64,000 bases of DNA from Raillietiella orientalis (Eukaryota). The translations under genes and the position numbers were made by a program. The notes below the pieces were generated by a model. That model did no database searches. It was given only the letters and a program-made list of their open reading frames with translations, and had not been told where the DNA came from. The DNA lies in NCBI GenBank assembly GCA_036172245.1, contig JAYWIR010000007.1, positions 2,170,001-2,234,000 of the forward strand, read 5' to 3'. This document shows positions 13,120 through 27,500 of this stretch, piece after piece (the first letter of the stretch is position 1; each line of letters opens with the position of its first letter).

Positions 13120-15662
13120 AAGGTTGTTCCCAGGCTGTGGGTAACAGCTGACATCCTCAGACCAAACTTCTTGCAGCCCGGGGCAATTGCTCATTCCTTT
13201 CCTCTCTCCTATTCCATCCATTCCATCCTCGAAGTTTCGCATACAAAGAATTGTGGGTCCTTCCAAGGTCAGCGCGGCAGCACCACTGAGCTTTCAATGG
13301 AGCAGCTCCGTTTTCTGAGGACGAGCCACTCTGACTCCACTGTCGAAGCAGCTTCTGGAATCTCAGTCTTTGAAATATGAGGTCGATCCTGAATACGCAC
13401 CAGCTCGGTCTCAGACACGTCGATGGATAGATCTTCGCGGACCCCTCGTCCCTCGTCGGAAAAGCAGCGAGACGAGGGACATGGCCATACTTCTCGTGCC
13501 GCTGTCTTTCCTGCAACATACGAGGCAAAATGGTAAGGAGCGATGCCGAGGAAGGATGTCCGCTGGAGTCAGCTTCGGTCCTCGCATGGGGTGACCGGCA
13601 CTCGGTTGGCATACGACGGTTTCAGACTGCCGAATGCCATGGCTACACACATCTGCATTAGCATCCCGTGCACTCCTCTTAGGCGCTTTACTTCCGTTTC
13701 AGGGTGAGTCCCCTCCACGAACTGTTTTAAGGCGTGAGCGCCAACAGGCCGAAGTCCACAGTCGTTCCGGTTGGTTCCACGTGGGAGGGTCAGTCCGACT
13801 GGATCCTCCTGGGCATATACATCCCAGTGTGCCATTTCCGAATGGACGGAAGAGCTTGTGATGTCTTCCGCAATTTCAAACGTGATCATTATTTCCCGGA
13901 CTGTCCGGTTCCTGATAGGGGAAGCATCACAGTGTTCATGAAGTTTCATAGGAAAAGCCATTTTCTTTGAAAGAAGCGTGGTTGACTGCATCCTTGCAAG
14001 CTATATATGCACGCTCTTGACGAATCCTTTTTTGCACTCCAAAGGAATTTTTTTTTTATCTTTCCACAGACTGTTTTTTTTTTGGCAGAATGTAGTTTCC
14101 AATTTGTTCTCTGGTATTTTTCGTTTTATATCCATGAAACTAGGTTCCTCTGTGAATCCTTTAGAATAGGGAACACGAAGTAATGAATAGGCAGGATGCT
14201 TTCCGAGCAAACCGTGGAAGTTGAAACTTATCATCAGGATGCTCCTCGTAGGATCGACAATTATGTCACATTGTGATCGTAGGGCTGTGATCGTAGTCTC
14301 ATCGCCATCTCATTTAGGGGGTTTTAATTTTATTCATGCTTGCCATCATACAAATATGACAGCGCTATTTGTGTCAGATCCATCACATTGTCCATTCATA
14401 TGAACGCAAAGCAAGCAATTTAAAACCTTCAAATATCACCCTAAAATAAATGTAGCTTCAAGTAAAAAACAGGGTTCCACAAATTTTCTGTTCCTTTCAT
14501 GGCAACGATTGCAGTGTCAATTGTGATCTTTACTAGCAAACTTATGCCGTCATTAAGCACATATAAACTATACGAACATACATTACATCGTCTGCAAAAA
14601 AATGAGTTTTCTTCTTCGTGTTTACTAGATTCCGATGCATAGAAATCATATGCATCAAATGTTTAGGTTTGGCATGTCTTTCCACTTTCATTAAGGTTAC
14701 TCCTAGAAACCGAATGAAAAGAAGGATTGCATTTGTTTTCTCTTTATAAAGTGACTACTTATCAGAATCCCTTCTCTCTACTCAGATGAGGGTGAGCTCC
14801 AGATATTTTGAAAGTCGCTTGATATTCTTACGAAATGAAAACTACGTGTCACCACAGCCATCTCCAGAAGATTGCTGAGACAGTACTACACCGTGAGGTT
14901 CATTTTCACTATCACTCGGTAATCCTGGAAGAGGGAGGTTTCTCTTCATGATAAGTATCCTTTTTCCTTGACGATAACCAACTCATGGTGACGAAAATAA
15001 CCGACTTTTATTTTCCTCTTGCATCCAATTTTTTGCTCGTATCATCAAGCAGAAAGGAGATATCCACTCGGAATTCGAATTGCCGGCCTTGGTATAATTT
15101 GATGGTACGTTATCCGAAGAAGGTCCCGGAGGAAAAATTTCCATTCCCAGGCAGCCTTTTCCTCTCTTTTCAAAGTGATCCAATCGAAGTTGTCGACGAG
15201 CTCACTTCTTTGCCACGAGAAGGAGTCCGTTGCTTTCCGTTGCATCCGAAAGACTCTGTGCGTTCATCGGAAAGACTCTTTTGAGCGCTTTCTGTATTGG
15301 GATGGGCTTCTGCTGACATTCCCAAAGCACCTTGGCAGGATGGGAAGAGTGAAGCACTTTCCGAGTTGGGTTTGCGTTTGCTTGACCATCGCCGGGTTTT
15401 CCTGGAAGTCCCCGCACCATTTTGAACTTCCTTCAAGTACACGCCCTTAGGGATCACACAGCTCCGTTTTTCTCCCTGTCTTTAGTGGAGGAGATGCTGC
15501 ACGGAAGGGAAAACGATCTCCATTTGTTTTTCTTTTTATGATGATTCCCGTGTTCGGCTGAAATCGTTCGGAGCCGACATCGTTCGACCCCGCAGAGAGC
15601 TTCGTTGACCCGTGCGCTCCGATTCCTTTTCGCGCCCTCGGGCGAAGCCTGGAAACTGCGCT

Positions 15663-15670
15663 CCGGAAGT
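15663..15670. promoter_or_regulatory. ETS/GABP-type site CCGGAAGT upstream of MRE11
   Basis: CCGGAAGT in the CpG-rich patch about 260 bp upstream of the MRE11 ATG. Confidence 0.35.
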
Positions 15671-15928
15671 CCGGTGCAGTGGGGTGTCAATCTTGCGACA
15701 CGGGTAAAGTTGCCACAGTTCATTCTGTGTTTATCAGTGAATCGGGATTATCCGACTGAACACGAAAAGGGAAGACAGGAGTGAAAGAGGGAGGAAACGG
15801 AAACGGAGCTCTCCGTGCGTTGGAGGATGAGGTGATTGTTTCCAAAGCGACGAAAACCAGGCAGCAGAGGTGCCCGTCATTTGTGACCTGTAGGAGAGCA
15901 TGATATCGAAATCCCAAGATTCGTATTC

Positions 15929-16007
15929 ATGGAGGACGTAAATACTTTTAAGATTCTTCTGGCAAGTGATTGCCATCTGGGATACTTGGAAAAACATGGT
16001 GAAAGAG
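15929..16007 (+). CDS. MRE11: MRE11 coding exon 1
   Basis: [26 protein letters not shown]; donor GT at 16008. In-frame stop upstream at 15884; a possible acceptor at 15893 leaves an upstream exon open. Confidence 0.9.
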
Positions 16008-19000
16008 GTAAAATACATGAAAAGATTTTGCTTTCAAGTCGAATCTCCGCTTATGCGTTCGGTTATCAATAAAGTGCAGCACTCCTCTTCATTGGGACTC
16101 AGATTGAATCTAAGGACTTCCATTCTTGACTTTCCGGATTGAGAATGATTTGGAACTTGCCATGTGAGCGTGCAGATGTTTTTGATAATCGGTGCATACA
16201 GAGCAGTATTGTAATTTGCTCGAGGCACTGAATTGTAATCCATTGAAAGAAACATATCAGTTCAAGAATGTTTTTGCTTACTGCCAAACTTGAGTGCTCC
16301 TTAGATAAATGCATGTCAATTTGATTCGAAAATGTTTTTGAAAGCGGGATCAATCTCCATGATCAGCTAATAACGTATCGAAAATTCTAGGAAATGATTC
16401 CTTCTTAGCATTTGAAGAAATCCTCTCTCTCGCCAAGTTGCATGGTGTGGATTTTATTTTACTTGGAGGAGATTTATTCCATGAAAATAAGCCATCTTTA
16501 AATTCAAGAATCAAGTGCATGAAGTTATTAAGAAAATATTGTTTTGGGAACAAGTAAGGAAATGTAGTTTAGAGTTTCCCTTTGCAATGTGAAATTGCCA
16601 AATGTTGAATGGATGTATTTTGTTTCCCACTGTTGCAGGAATTGTTGGTTTTGTGATCTCAGTTGCCTGTTAGTAACTTTCGGGCGAATATTTCCTGTTT
16701 GGAATACCTCCGTTTCCATTTGCTTAGCAATAGGACTTTTATAGTTAGAAGCATGGAATAATTATTGAATTGCATGCAACTTGCTTCCTTGTTCTTTGGA
16801 ATCTTCTTTTTCCCATTTATTGAAAGCACATACACCACACACACACACAATTGGAGTAATACTTTAAGGGATCAGTTGTCCATTTTATTTTCTGATTTTT
16901 GTATTTGGAAGTGCACACTATGCTTTATGCTATCATCTCTTGAGCATTGTTCTAGCCCTGTTCAGTTGAGCACAGTTGATCAGAGTTCTGGAGTATGGCT
17001 CTTACTTCGTACTCAGATTCGGTAAGGAGTATTGCATTCATAAGAGCTCATTCAAATATCAGGTATTTCCTAGAATCGTAAGTAAGATGCAAACGAGGCT
17101 CATCTATTAACATAGTTTTCTTTAATGAGATTCTGGATTTGCTTTATGAGAGAAACTTCAGTGCAAACAGATATACAGAGTGATCAATTGAATGATTGTC
17201 AAATTACAGTTAGGAAACAAATCCTTGTCTATAAGATAGATGTAAATAAGGCATCATTTGCAAGTCATCAGTGATGCCTATTCAAAAGTATCCGATGAAA
17301 GTGCTGGTTGTTTTCGAAATATTGGAATAGTACAATGGTTTCCTTACCTAACAAGGTTCCAAGAAACCATTTGTTGCAATTGTACAAGTTGCATTCAATC
17401 AGTGCATTTTATTTTTACATGTGTGCATAATTTTTGTTACTAAAATTTGCAGTTCGTAAGAACATATGTGTGAATGAAACACATATGTTCGAGTTAGCCA
17501 TGTTGTTACTTTTTACTGGGTTGATACAGAAGCTCCTAATAAGTAGTATCATATGGTTGTTATAAATCCGATCGTTTAGGAAAATGATAATTGATCTTAT
17601 TGGCAAAATAATAGCAAACCACTTATTTATTTAAATAAGGTGATAATGCATTTTAAACATGATGCATACTTTTATAAATTGTTGATCTGTTAAAAGAAAA
17701 AACATTTCCAATATGAAAGCACTTGTGGAAGCATGAGCATTTTTGGAAGATAATTTTTGTACACATGCTCATGGTACGAAATGGAAACTTGTATGGAAAT
17801 ATTAACGGAAGTGATCATCTTGCCATGTAGAGAATCACATGGAATGCTTTGTTTGAGTGTAAATGGAGAAGAAAACGACGTTAGGCAAATTGAGTTTTTA
17901 GTTACTGGACGTTTAAAGGTGATTGAAAATTTAATAAGTAGCTTTTTCTGAAACATATTCTCTACAAAGGTTTCTCTCATAATTTCAAGAAATTTAAGGA
18001 ATATGTTTTAATTTTGTGGATTATGTATTGAAGTTGTTTGGAAAAGATTTCTTGGAGAAATTGAGTTTATCAAGGTTGCAATTCAAAAAATAAATTGTCC
18101 TATGCAGCAAAATACACTTCCGATCCTTTTTCGAAGTCTTGAAATCAAATAATGTGGAATAATGGTCTTGAAAGTGTTAATATCTGGGATTTTGGATTTG
18201 TTTGTTTTTTATCCATGCATCATGGTTTTACAAATTCTGGTGCATTATTTGTAAATGTAGTTGTTTATGATAATGACATCAAATGAAGATCTCCAGCACT
18301 TGTGATCTTTATTCAAAATTAAAGGAATACAGTCTGTTACAAGAATATTGGTTTTGTATTGAGAATGTGGTGTTTTCATTGGTTTTGCTTAATTACTATA
18401 GGCATCCTTGTGATAAGTTTCTTTCCTCTCTCTATCTGATGTGTTTTCTGTGAAATACTGGTGTCTTATTTTCCTCTTGGATCCTTTGAACTTGCATCTT
18501 TTTTTGTTTTTCTCTTTTATTTGGGCATACTGTTTTATCCAAAACATAGCTGATAAGGATGTTGTTCCTTTCCACTTTGAAATGTGGTAGGGGAATCCCT
18601 TATGCTATATAAATTGTCAATGCTGCAATGATTTCTAGATTCTTGGTACCGAAATTGATTCATTGCTTTAGACTTTGGAGGACAATGTAGGGTTGTCATG
18701 TTTTTTTGTACAAAGAGTTTTTTGATGCTTTTCAGACCAGTTGAAGTTGAATTTTTGAGTGATCCCTCAGAAAATTTCAGCCATTACTGTACAGAACCAA
18801 TTGTTAACTATGAAGACCCTAATTTGAATATTGCCATCCCTGTGTTTTCCATTCATGGGAATCATGATGACCCATGTGGTAAGTGCATACAAGTTCATGA
18901 TCCAAAATTGAGCTTAAATAACTGAATAGAAGTGAAAATGTCGTGTTCTGATTTTGAAGGTTCTGAATAAAATGCATTTTGCTAGTTGTAGTTAATAAAG

Positions 19001-22000
19001 AAAACGAAATGCTTACATTTTAGTGTTCTCTGAAGGTTTGGTTTTAGTTTTCGTCTTCATGAGTTGATATTGCATTCTTCTGAAACAATGCAATTTGGAG
19101 AGTACATATCAAGGATTGATTTTTTCTTTCCTTTTTTTCCATGTCTGGGGGTAATGGGATTGAATCTATCGAACTTCTGATTCAAATTGCATTTTATAAC
19201 CTTCACGATAAGTCCATTATTTCGAATTCTAGAGGAACGAATACTGTTGACGATTAACGAATCACAATGCTGGTACCTTGAAGAAATGAATGTGCAATTT
19301 TTGCATACGGTCAGATAAATATTCACTTGTGCTGAGTTTTGCCTGATCTGAACAAAATTACGAAACGTCAGTTACCTCCAAAAATTTCATTTTGAAATGC
19401 ATAAAGGCTAACTCTTTTGTAGCTGCGAAGTTTGTATGCATGAGTTTGCATGCAGAAATTGGTAAATTTAAATCGACTGGTGCTGCAAGTGCATGGAGGC
19501 ATTAAAAGTGTCTATTTTGCTCCATATGGCAATTGAATGGAAAAAACTTGCTTACTACATGTTGTTTCTGCTCTTGAATCTGTGTGCTATACTGAGAGAT
19601 ATATAGTGAGATTACCGAGTGAGATTAAGTCATTCAGCTCGTTAAAGTGCTTATCAGAAACCATCAGCAAGCAAAATCTCTAATTTTGGGTGGTGGTGTG
19701 AAAGTTGTTTTGTTTACTGTATGTGTTGTTCAGTTAATCTCATGTTCATAATGAATTGACCTAGATTGTAACAAAGAAATGATACTTTGTGCAATGCTAT
19801 GTATGGCCTGATACCAAACTATTAGTATTTAGATTACTTCTAGTGATTTTTGAAACAGAATTGGGATATTAGGACTTTGCTTCATGTGCCTTACTTTGAA
19901 CCCAGAAATGGATTCAAAACAACTGTTAATTAATGTATCGCATTGACATAGTTTTGATCCAGATTTAAACTGAGTTATATTTTCTAAGAAATTTTTTTAG
20001 CATTTAGTGATGTTTCTTTGAATCAGAGTTGTAAAATTCTTTGTGACAATTATACAGCTGCCTAAAGTAATCTAAGCCCAATTTTCTAAGGCATTGGACA
20101 ATTTTGTATTCTGGATGAATTCAGCACAGCAGGAATAATTAATTTCTTTGGAAAATGGACCAATCTGAAAGAAGTAGTCATATCACCCATATTATTAAAA
20201 AAAGGTTCCACAAGATTAGCCCTTTATGGCTTGGGTTGCATGAAAGATGAGAGATTATTCCGACTATTCCGTGAACATAAGGTAAGAAATATTTGTCTTG
20301 TTGCAAATATTTGCATGATTGGGCATGCAATCTGAGGTATAGATTTCAGTTTTCAGTAAACCTAGGACATTTCAGTAATTCTTAAAGTATTATGCTAAAT
20401 TGTTTTTTTGCTATTAGGCAATGACTTATTTTGAATTTTATGCTATTGCGGAATTTGCCAAACTTATAAGATTCATGGAGTTTAAAATCTTTTGGACATG
20501 GCTCTTAAATGATCTTTTTCATCTTGTTCAATTAAGCGCCTTTATTGAGAAAGTATATTTGATTTCCATATGAGACACATAAAGCTTTAAAAGAGGCTAA
20601 ATCTTTTAGAAATCTATTTTTCTTCTCTTTAATAGTAATTTTAGTTTTCATCCTTGGAAGCATTACAAAGTGCTATAGAGCTTGATGGGTTAAGCAATAA
20701 ACAATAGTGTCATGATTATCTGGGAAACATTACCCAAGGAGATTTATTGACGAAAAAGTATCCCTTGTTTTTGCGGTTTTGTGTGTTATGCGAAAATGTT
20801 TTCTTCATCTACATGCCACGGAACATGGATATGTCATTGGGAAACATTACACAGTTTTAAAACAAAAGAAATTTCTACTCATTTTTTTAATCTATTGTTA
20901 TATTTTTTTGGCTTCAGCAGATGCATAATGCATGTGCTGAAGAAACATGGAAAAAAACATGCCAAATGCATGCATATTTTTTTCTGTGCATGTAGGTAAA
21001 ACCTTGTTCTTCCCTGTAAGTTGTAATTGACAATTGTGCAGTTTTGATTGAATCTGGGGACATGCTGAAATTTTACTTTTATATCAAAAATTCGAAGATG
21101 ATTTTTTGACTAAGATTTTTTGATTCTAAGTTGACTAAGATGTTTCTAAGGAGATTCTAAGATAATTGATATCTTTTAAAGGTTAAAATGCTTTGTCCAA
21201 AAGAAGATTCAGATACTTGGTTCAATCTGTTTGTGTTACATCAAAATAGGAACAGACGAGGAACCACTAATTACATACCAGACAAATTTTTCAATGACTT
21301 CTTAGATCTGGTTATTTGGGGACATGAACATGAATGCAGGATAACTCCAGAATGGAGCGAATCAAAGAATTTTTATATTTCACAGCCAGGTGCAGAGCAA
21401 AAATTCACCCATTGAAAATGTATTACAATTTTGAAATTTTACTGTATCTTAAACAAAAATCTTTCACAAAATTAGTATTACTAATGGAATTAAACCATGC
21501 AAAATTACTTATTTTTCTGCAATGCCTTTGAAAAAATTTACGTGCAAATGCATGTTCAATACAGAGATTTTAGAATTTCTAAAAATTGATGAATAGTTTT
21601 GTTGAAATTATGGCACTGCATTTTTTTGTGTGAACCAAAAGTTCACTTTATATTTATAATTTCACGATTAATACATTATAGGTAGTTCGGTTGTTACTTC
21701 ATTGTGCCCTGGTGAAGCTGTACCCAAAAAAGTGGGTATTCTTAATATATGTGGAAAACAATTCAAGATAGAAGAAATACAATTAAAAACTTGCCGTCCA
21801 TTTGTCTACAAAGAAGTTGTTCTTTCAGACCTTGATTTGGATTTTGATGTGTTGAAACCCTCTTCAGTAGTTGAAAAGTTTGCTGAAGATTTCATAAATG
21901 AATTAATACTTGAAGCAAAATCTCTACATACAGGTTTTAAGTTTTTGGAAATCTTTGTGAGTGCATGTTTGTTGTGTGCTTGTATATTAGGGTGTATAAC

Positions 22001-23295
22001 CTGTAGATTTTGAATTTGTTTTTGCTTAAAACTGCTGTAAAGTAGTGCATCAATGGTGCAGTTATCATTAATGTGCTGCATATTCTGAAAGATTTAATTG
22101 CATTTCTAATGTGGTCTTTAAGGTAACCCAAAGCAACCAAGTCTTCCACTAATACGCTTGCGCATTGATTATAAAAGTGAACATCATTTATTCAATACTT
22201 GTCGGTTTGGACAGAAGTTTGCAAATTTAATCGCAAACCCCGAAGATGTAATTTTGCTTAGAAAAGAAAAATATCGAAATCCTATTTCTGGAAATTTTTT
22301 TGATAGAGATGCAGCAAACTTAAAAGAGGTGATGCTTTTCTTAGTTTTCTGGTCTTATTGCTTGCAGGTATGCTCATTATCTTAGGTCACAATAAGTCCT
22401 AAGTAGATAATGCCATGCCAAGCATAGTTTGAATCGGTTGCTAAACTGAAACCATGTAAAAAATATAATTAAGTTTGCCACAAACTCATTAATTTGCGAA
22501 ATACAAAAGTTTAACTTTTGTGTCAAACAAGTATCATTTTTGTTCCATTACAATCGTCCCATGATTTATTTCAATGATTTTGTGACAAAATGCAATATCA
22601 GTCAGCACAAATGGTTTCGGATTATTTTAAACTTTTCTGGTGTTGCAGGTGTTCTGTGAGAAAGAAAGCATGGAACAATTGATTGAGGAGTACTTTAAAT
22701 CTATTCCTGAAACAAAAAAGCTACAGATGTTGAGTGAACGTGGCATGAGAGAGGCAATGTTGAGATTTGTCAATAAGGACGATTCTGATTCTATTTTGAA
22801 AATCATAAGGTTAGTTAGCATGAACAATAGATATGTTATCAAACTCAGTGTATTTACAGACATCAACGTCAATATGTTTGTAAGCATATCTGTAATTTGA
22901 AGATTACAAGTGAAAGTGATATTGCAGAAGAGGTATCCAGATTTCAAAAAAACAGAAATCTGCAAAAAGAGGAGGAAGAATTAGAAGTAAACACCCAAAA
23001 TTTGTGTGCATTCTACTAAGCTTTTGTTTTTTTAGAAAGTCTTAGATCATCATCTGCTGACTAATACTGAAACTTTAAAACTGAAATCTGAAAGCAGTAT
23101 TATCATTAAGGAACATGAGTGAGTATATCTTATGAAAGTAAAATTGTCTAAAGTGAAATGCAACACTTTTCCTTCTCTTTCTTTTTTTCTGCTTAAAAAA
23201 ATAGAAACCATACACCAGTTGCAGATGCAAATTGTTACCAGAGAGGAAGAGCAAGAGGGAGAGGGAGGGGAAGAACAAGAGCAAGAAAACTTTGA
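15929..23295 (+). CDS. MRE11: Double-strand break repair nuclease MRE11, spliced gene model (11 coding exons, 1704 nt, 567 aa)
   Basis: Exons 15929-16007, 16391-16553, 18736-18878, 20091-20281, 21182-21389, 21682-21933, 22123-22328, 22649-22809, 22860-22986, 23036-23118, 23205-23295. All introns are GT-AG with compatible phases. Phosphoesterase motifs are intact ([32 protein letters not shown]), as are [28 protein letters not shown] and a C-terminal GAR tract. Confidence 0.95.
16391..16553 (+). CDS. MRE11: MRE11 coding exon 2
   Basis: [54 protein letters not shown]; ttctag acceptor, gtaagg donor. Confidence 0.95.
18736..18878 (+). CDS. MRE11: MRE11 coding exon 3
   Basis: [14 protein letters not shown]...[25 protein letters not shown]; tttcag acceptor, gtaagt donor. 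Confidence 0.95.
20091..20281 (+). CDS. MRE11: MRE11 coding exon 4
   Basis: [22 protein letters not shown]...[34 protein letters not shown]; gtaaga donor. Confidence 0.95.
21182..21389 (+). CDS. MRE11: MRE11 coding exon 5
   Basis: [23 protein letters not shown]...[14 protein letters not shown]...FYISQP. Confidence 0.95.
21682..21933 (+). CDS. MRE11: MRE11 coding exon 6
   Basis: [21 protein letters not shown]...LKTCRPF...EAKSLHT (capping domain). Confidence 0.93.
22123..22328 (+). CDS. MRE11: MRE11 coding exon 7
   Basis: [17 protein letters not shown]...[17 protein letters not shown]. Confidence 0.92.
22649..22809 (+). CDS. MRE11: MRE11 coding exon 8
   Basis: MEQLIEEYF...[25 protein letters not shown] (Rad50-binding helical region); ttgcag acceptor, gttagt donor. 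Confidence 0.9.
22860..22986 (+). CDS. MRE11: MRE11 coding exon 9
   Basis: [10 protein letters not shown]...[23 protein letters not shown], resembling the vertebrate IDEEVRRF region; follows a 50-nt intron. Confidence 0.8.
23036..23118 (+). CDS. MRE11: MRE11 coding exon 10
   Basis: Open frame KVLDHHLL...KEH between a ttttttag acceptor and gtgagt donor; phase fits the neighbouring exons; low sequence conservation. Confidence 0.65.
23205..23295 (+). CDS. MRE11: MRE11 terminal coding exon with GAR motif
   Basis: [29 protein letters not shown]; pyrimidine tract upstream of the acceptor; AATAAA about 40 nt after the stop. Confidence 0.75.
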
Positions 23296-23953
23296 ATGCA
23301 TGTTTTTAGTTATATTGTATCATACTATTTAAGTAAATAAAAATGCTCAAAAATTGATCAAATATTTGGTTACAGAAACTAAAACCAAGAATCATAAACA
23401 TTTTCATGCTGTAAATAGTTATAAAATTGAAAGCAATATTTTAATGAGCTTTCCTTGGTATTCTCTGTTGCTTATACCATCAACTACAGATATATGTTAG
23501 GACACTCCAGAAAAAAAACTAAGTTTACTCAAAAAGCTTATACCAAAAATAGAATAAAGATTTCTAGAATAAAGATTCAAAACAAACATACGTTGCTGGT
23601 ACATCACAAGTTTACCTGAGGTTTTTTAAGAAAATTTATTGAAGTAAGATTTTTCTACAAGAACTTTCAAAAGACTGTTCCTCATTCTGGTTGTTACAGA
23701 AACTTCACACCATGTACATGTTTTATATATCCTAGATAACTGAATGCACAATCAATGTAAACTTAATAATCAATGTGATTGATTCGTGTGGAACACAAGC
23801 TGGTGCCTTTCCACACTTAATCCCTAAAAGTTTCAAACTGAAAATTTGGCACAATGACATTTTTGGCTAGCAATCTCAGACTGATACAAATGCAACATCC
23901 TACCTGAAATGATGCAAAAAGAATAACAAATAGATAACAATCAAAAAATATTA

Positions 23954-24480
<527 letters not shown>

Positions 24481-24560
24481 TTTTATCTTTTTTTGTTTAT
24501 TATGTGTTATCCTTAAGCAACTACTGTACACAGTGTACACTTCACTGCACTTCGCCAAGC

Positions 24561-24568
24561 CCGGAAGT
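24561..24568. promoter_or_regulatory. ETS/GABP-type site CCGGAAGT upstream of RpL30
   Basis: Exact CCGGAAGT about 80 bp upstream of the RpL30 ATG in otherwise CpG-poor DNA; this motif is known in ribosomal protein and housekeeping promoters. Confidence 0.45.
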
Positions 24569-27500
24569 GCCACAAGATTACACAAGCGATCTCAATTTTT
24601 CACTGAAGAAGCATTCCTGATGATCAAACAATGTACAAAATTTTGTTTCCTGCTTATCTGGGTAAAAAATTATTTATTCTTAACATGAAAACGAAAAAAA
24701 TCTTGAAAATCATTTAGTAAAGAAATGTTCCGATTTTACGAAAATTATAATCAGTATATTTCTTCATTAATATTTTTTATGATTTTAAACGATTTCTTGT
24801 GTTTGGGCTCAGCGATAAATATTATTGATCTCGTAACACAAACAGGAATTTCTTCGCCTACAAAATCAGTTTTTATTCTTTTCAAGGATAGGAGAATCAA
24901 AACTTCCAAAAATTTGTAATGCGTGAATTCAGAAGTGATCCTTCAATTGTTACAAATTTTAGTTGAAAGAGAGTAATCTTGATTATGGATTTCCGTTGAT
25001 TCTGATTTTGAACATCATCTATGGGGATTTCTGTTGTAAAAACAACTAGAATGGTGCAACTTTTGGAAAACTGGAGACTGCATATCTAAGAAATGAAACT
25101 GGGTGTTTCACTTTTTTCAAGTATGCGGTCATCATATTCTTCGATAAATATCACCGGTAGAAGGTAACAATTTAGTGTATCAAATTCTTATTGTTATACG
25201 AATAAATCATGAAGGAAAACTGAAAATTAATGCTGTTGGTGGGACTTAGAATATTTGTTCCTTCACAAACTACAAACCCTGTGAAATCTGACGGAGAAAT
25301 GGTTCACAAATTTCCCCTTTGGTCTCTGAATCGAAACAGGAAGACATGATAATGAAGAAATGGGATCTTTCTGAGGAATACTGAAGAAATTCAAAATCTG
25401 GATCTGAATGATATGAGAGGATTTTCTTCAGACCTACGTTACAAATCTTTGCAACGTATATCATTCGGTTTTATGAAGAAATACGTCCTTCTTTACGTAA
25501 GAGCGTCTTCATTTCAAATCAAGACAATAATTACTGATTTATGAAAACTTATTTTCATTTACAGTCCAAATTTCATCACCTTGAACTAGGAAAGATGATA
25601 GTTCGAAAAATTCCTTAACTTCTGGAAGAATTTCCCCTATTAAGATTCTGGATCCATAGCTTAAGTAGTTATAAAAGTGATTCCGATTGCAAGGAAAATT
25701 ACCTGAGCTTCAGGGATAATTGATGAGCTACAACATTTGTCTTGAGGGGAAACATCTTTAGGCTTTCCATCTCTTTAGGACTGACGTCTTAAAAAGCAAT
25801 GAATCTGGTCTCGAGTGAGCAAGTGATTTTGGAGATTTTTTTTTGATTGAAACTCGATATCCACTGCGTGACAAGAAGCACAGGGATCTCCAAATATAAA
25901 TCCTGTTCAGTCCACACACATTCTGATAGTGAAATGCTGTGTTTCCCTTATTGATATTCAAAATTAAATATGTTATGCATGTTCCTTGATTTGTGATTAC
26001 ATAAATGAGTACCTTCCCTGCAATAACAAAGGAATTGCAATTCTTTTGATCATCTACTAGGGTAGAGACTAAAAAAAGAATGTGATCATCGAGCAATAAG
26101 ATAAATTCGAACTCGATAAATCAAAAAGTTTCAGCAAGTATATTTGAACACATTCATAATTAAAATACAGTGATGGTCTTTCAACGAGTGTTGAGGGGAA
26201 AAAAGAGCTTCTGAAATATATCGAATATCCACTTGCAAACTTTTAGGGTATTTTGGGTCATTCTCCGGCTTTTCAGAGACCAATGAAACCAAAGAAATAA
26301 GCTGAAGAATATAAGTAGGGTTGGTCTGAAAAGTGTTATTGAAAGCAACCTTCACGGATATATTCAAAAAGCTCTTGCGGGAGAAACCATGAAATGGATA
26401 GATGTATTGGATCTGTTTCGCAAATTCGAAAACTGCTGAGTTTCTCCTTAAGAGATAAACCACAAGCTAATCATACTTCATGGCAGTGAACTAAAGCCTG
26501 CGAACGAATGATAAGATGCTGAGTCGAAATGCTTCTGTACAGTCGAGTAAGCTAATAACAGCTGTTGGCACAGTACAGTTGACAGGAGACTCACCATCCT
26601 TACAAATGGAAACACTCAACGAACGCCTTCACAGATTGCAGACCTATTCCAAGAAACGCCATAAACACAATGGAATGATTTGCTGAAACGATTGCCATGG
26701 AAACGAAAGACATTTCATTAGGTCAGCACAGCAAACGTCATCTTTGAATTGCGGAAGTGCACAAGTCCGATTCCAATCATTAATGAAGCAAATGATTGTA
26801 ACATCGCGCGAATCGTACCGGGTCAAATGCTATTCTCCATGGTTTTTGGCATGCAGGCATGCAGGGATGTTTCTGTGACATGCCCTCGAGCTTACGAAAA
26901 TGGCTGTTAGAGTCTCATGCACTGAGAAAATAACGAGTATTGCATGCAACAGATGAGGATGTCTGGAATACGATCTGTCTCCCGCATCTGCTTGCAAGAC
27001 TGTGGCGGCAAAAAGCCAAGGATTTCTTCACGCTCCTGGTACATCAATCATGATACCAATTCTCACGGCCACTTATGGGCTTTTAGAGGAGCGTTGAGAA
27101 AGGAAACCAGCTTCTGAAAGTGTGGTCACGCTGTTTTTGATTTGACGACGAATGGGTTGCACCGTATTGGTGGAAAACATGCTTCCGATTTTAAAAACAG
27201 GACATGAAGGTAACGTCCACTGATTTCTCGCAAATCTAGCCCGAACGAAGTTCCCACATTCACCAAGCCTGCCTCTTCAAGAAAGTTTGCAATCGCAAAG
27301 GTTCGCTGATGGGCTCCGGTGATTCACAGCTGGCTCGTTCGCATGAAAAGTGCACATCTAGGATGGGAAACTGACTGATTGCCAAGGCATCCCCGATGTC
27401 AATAGAACACCAGAAGCTTGAAAATCTTTCTTCTTCCTTTCAAGGTGCAACTTTATAGCGACATGATGACGTAATGAGCTCCTGGATGTAGCCAGAACAC

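Noticed and set aside
14760..15723. Possible divergent minus-strand gene upstream of MRE11
   Set aside because: Short Ser/Lys-rich ORFs and one good acceptor, but no consistent spliced frame or recognisable domain.
23132..23332. Glu-rich ORF ([15 protein letters not shown])
   Set aside because: Alternative frame of the MRE11 GAR exon.
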